Source of the DNA: the human T2T-CHM13v2.0 reference genome, Homo sapiens
Reading direction: 5' to 3' (one strand)
NCBI RefSeq assembly: GCF_009914755.1
Contig: NC_060941.1
Length of the DNA: 64,000 nt
Shown: piece by piece, positions 59,869 through 64,000 of the stretch
Layout of the letters: each line of letters opens with the position of its first letter
Position numbering within the stretch: position 1 is the stretch's first letter
Notes under the pieces: generated by a model
The model's input: the letters and a program-made list of their open reading frames with translations, nothing else
Told to the model about the DNA's origin: nothing
Databases searched by the model: none
Program-made: the position numbers and the translations under genes

Positions 59869-60046
59869 CTTACACCATCGTACAATGATGCCTCCAGGTT
59901 TCTCTATTAGTTCTTCTATCTGTACTGGTGGGCGAGATGCTACTGTTCCATGCTTAAAAATGTGGTCTTTCACTATGTTAAGAATTGAGTCATCCAACTG
60001 AGCAGATAAACAAGGCACATCAACCAGTAAAGGTACTTCTGGTAAG
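59869..60046 (-). CDS. CRLF3: CRLF3 exon 4 (178 nt)
   Basis: ctcag|CTTACC...TGTAAG|gtatgt; (S)LPEVPLLVDVPCLSAQLDDSILNIVKDHIFKHGTVASRPPVQIEELIEKPGGIIVRWCK; open frame. Confidence 0.96.
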
Positions 60047-60316
60047 CTGAGGAAACAAAGCTCATGTGTTATGAGACCTCTAACTGAGAGTTAAAAAATA
60101 CAAGAAATATTTTAGAGCAGTCACATGCTTGAAAGATCCTGAAGCCCCCAGTAATTAATTCTCATGGCAGTAGGGGATTTGCAAGATGTTACACAAAGAT
60201 TCTCTTTTCAAATAAATATAAGTAAGACAGAAAATTGGTAGGATCATAACTGTCCAGTTTAAGCCAAAAGATCTGGTTTACTGGAATATGACTCCATTTC
60301 AACAATACATTGATAA

Positions 60317-60661
<345 letters not shown>

Positions 60662-61019
60662 TAGTGGTACAAACTTGGCTCACTGCAACATCTGCCTCCT
60701 GGGTTCAAGCAATTCTCCTGTCTCAGCCTCCCCAAGTAGCTGGATTACAGGTCCATGCCCGTCTAATTTTTATATTTTTAGTAGAGACAGGGTTTCAACA
60801 TGTTGGCCAGGCTGGTCTCAAACTCCTGGCCTCAAGCAATCCACCCGCCTTGGCCTCCCAACGTGCTGGGATTACAGGTGTAAACCACCACGCATGGTCT
60901 GAAAACCTTGAAATATATATTCTCTATCTCCCTTAATGAGAATCTTGAACAGAGGGAGGAAAAAAGCAGACATAGTTTAAATGCTTAAAAGTAAGTCAAA
61001 AAGGCACAAACTCTTTTAC

Positions 61020-61107
61020 CTGTCCAACTGAATGTGCGAGGCCTTTTTGGTAAAGCTCCACAGTTTCTCATTCTCTTCTCCCACACCACCAAGCATGGCG
61101 ATTTCAC
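61020..61107 (-). CDS. CRLF3: Cytokine receptor-like factor 3, exon 3 (88 nt)
   Basis: Minus strand tgtag|GTGAAATC...GACAG|gtaaaa; (G)EIAMLGGVGEENEKLWSFTKKASHIQLD(S); phase matches exon 4. Confidence 0.94.
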
Positions 61108-61436
61108 CTACAATCAAGAATAAGAGAACTAGAACAATGAAAATGGTCACATATAAAGTAATCAACACAACTCATGTCTGGGTGGGTCTCTAGCGTTCTT
61201 GCAAATAAGTTCTTAAGTGATGCCACAGTCAAATTCCCAAAAAGTTAAAGTAGAAACTATTTTAGACGTGACTCTAAGATCAAATCCAAGAGGAAAAGGG
61301 ATATACAGTGGCAACATTTTGCCAGAGATGAAAAATCTATCTACTCTATACAAGGAAATCAACCAATTTTAGGCAAAGCAGAAAGCCCAGGGACTTCTTT
61401 CCATCTCTCCTACAGAATCATTATGAACTTCAATAG

Positions 61437-61670
<234 letters not shown>

Positions 61671-61869
61671 TAGAGATGAGGTCTCACTATGTTGCCCAGG
61701 CTGGGCATAAGGCTTGAAAAGCCAAATGATGCATCTATGTTTTCCTAAAAGAGTATCATATATCAGATTACAAATTATTCAACAGAACAATAAAAAGAAA
61801 ATGTCAGGCTGGGTGCGGTAGCTCACGCCTGTAATCCCAGCACTTTGGGAGGCGGAGGCAGGTGGATCA

Positions 61870-62576
<707 letters not shown>

Positions 62577-62819
62577 TCAAAATTCCATAAGTAAGTTTCT
62601 ATCCCTCAGGAGAATAGGAAAGAGTTTGACATTAAAAATATTCCTAAAGTTTCCTTCTGCTGCTGAGATGTATAATAATTTTTTTTAATTAAAAAACATA
62701 GGCCAGGCACAGTGGCTCACGCCTGTAATCCCAGCACTTTGGGAGGCCGAGGTGGGCAAATCACGAGGTCAGGAGTGCTAGACCAGCCTGGCCAACATGG
62801 TGAAACTCTGTCTCTATTA

Positions 62820-63002
<183 letters not shown>

Positions 63003-64000
63003 TTAAATTAAATTTTGGACATACAAAAATATTCAAGTATCAAATGCTGTAACACTCACACTGCCTCAAAGGGATTTTTTCTTTTTGAGACAGAGTCTCA
63101 CTCTGTCACCCAGGCTGGAGTGTGATGTATAATCACAGCTCACTGCAACCTCAAACTCTGGGGCTCAGGGGATCCTCCCGCCTCAGCCTCCCAAGTAGCT
63201 AGGACTACAGGAATGTGCCACTATGCCCAGCCAGGATTTATCTTTTTTTTTTTTTGAGATGGAGTCTTGCTCTTGTCGCCCAGACTGGAGTGCAATGGTG
63301 CAATCTCAGCTCACTGCAACCTCTTGCCTCAGCCTCCCGAGTAGCTAGGATTACAGGTGCCCACCACCATGCCCAGCTAATTTTTGTATTTTTAGTAGAG
63401 ACGGGGTTTCACCATGTTGGCCAGGCTGGTCTTGAACTCCTGACCTCAGATGATCCGCCCCCCTCGGCCTCCCAAAGTGTTGTGATTACAGGCACGAGCC
63501 ACCGCGCCCGGCCAGGATTTATCTTCTAAAATAAAAACAAATGATCAGTCCTCAGGGTGATGAGTGTACACTCCTGGCCCGTGGTGCACTGCTTCTGGGT
63601 TTGTTTCCAAATGCAAAGCCACCAAGGAAAGACATTTCATGGTACTGCTAGAATTTTCTCAAAAGTACTGTTATGGTCAGTGGCAAATAAACACTTCTCA
63701 TTGAAGACAAGACAAAAATGTAACCAGCAATGTCAAGATAACACCCATACTATATTCTAAGTGGGACCAAAAGAAGATTAACTTCCAGGTGGAGTGACAG
63801 CCATGTGAATCATCCACGCCTTTTTCCCACACCACTCCCAGCACTCATTCTGCAGAAGAGATGGAATTCAGTCTCCTTCCCTAGCTCCTTTTTCCTCAAA
63901 TGACTTTTAAATGTTGGTGACCCTTAGCGTTCTAATCTCTTTCATCTGCTCTTCTCACATTACACGGTGTCCCTTGATGATTGTACTTATTCCAATAGAT

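Overview
Human (primate) genomic DNA, extremely Alu-dense (on the order of 100 Alu copies or fragments, by eye). It is recognisable as the 17q11.2 NF1-microdeletion region. On the + strand lie six exons (4-9) of the unprocessed SUZ12 pseudogene SUZ12P1, at 6289-39380. They carry two 1-bp frameshifts, a CGA>TGA nonsense codon and a destroyed exon-9 splice donor; I find no homologue of exons 10 onward (C-terminal zinc finger/VEFS region). Converging on the - strand are the last six coding exons (3-8) and 3' UTR of CRLF3, at ~45660-61107. All six splice in frame, include a WSPWS (WSxWS) FN3 motif, and span one GC-AG intron. Nearly all ORFs in the supplied track are Alu-derived artefacts. I see no evidence of a new multi-gene system. 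The most interesting unexplained items are a 112-bp templated insertion inside an Alu, the pseudogene truncation junction beside CRLF3, a near-consensus AluYa5 forming a tight inverted pair, pseudogene variants that mimic SUZ12 loss-of-function alleles, and a weak candidate fossil antisense ORF in intron 3. Exon numbering and comparisons to the parent gene rely on my recollection of SUZ12 and CRLF3, not on an alignment run here.
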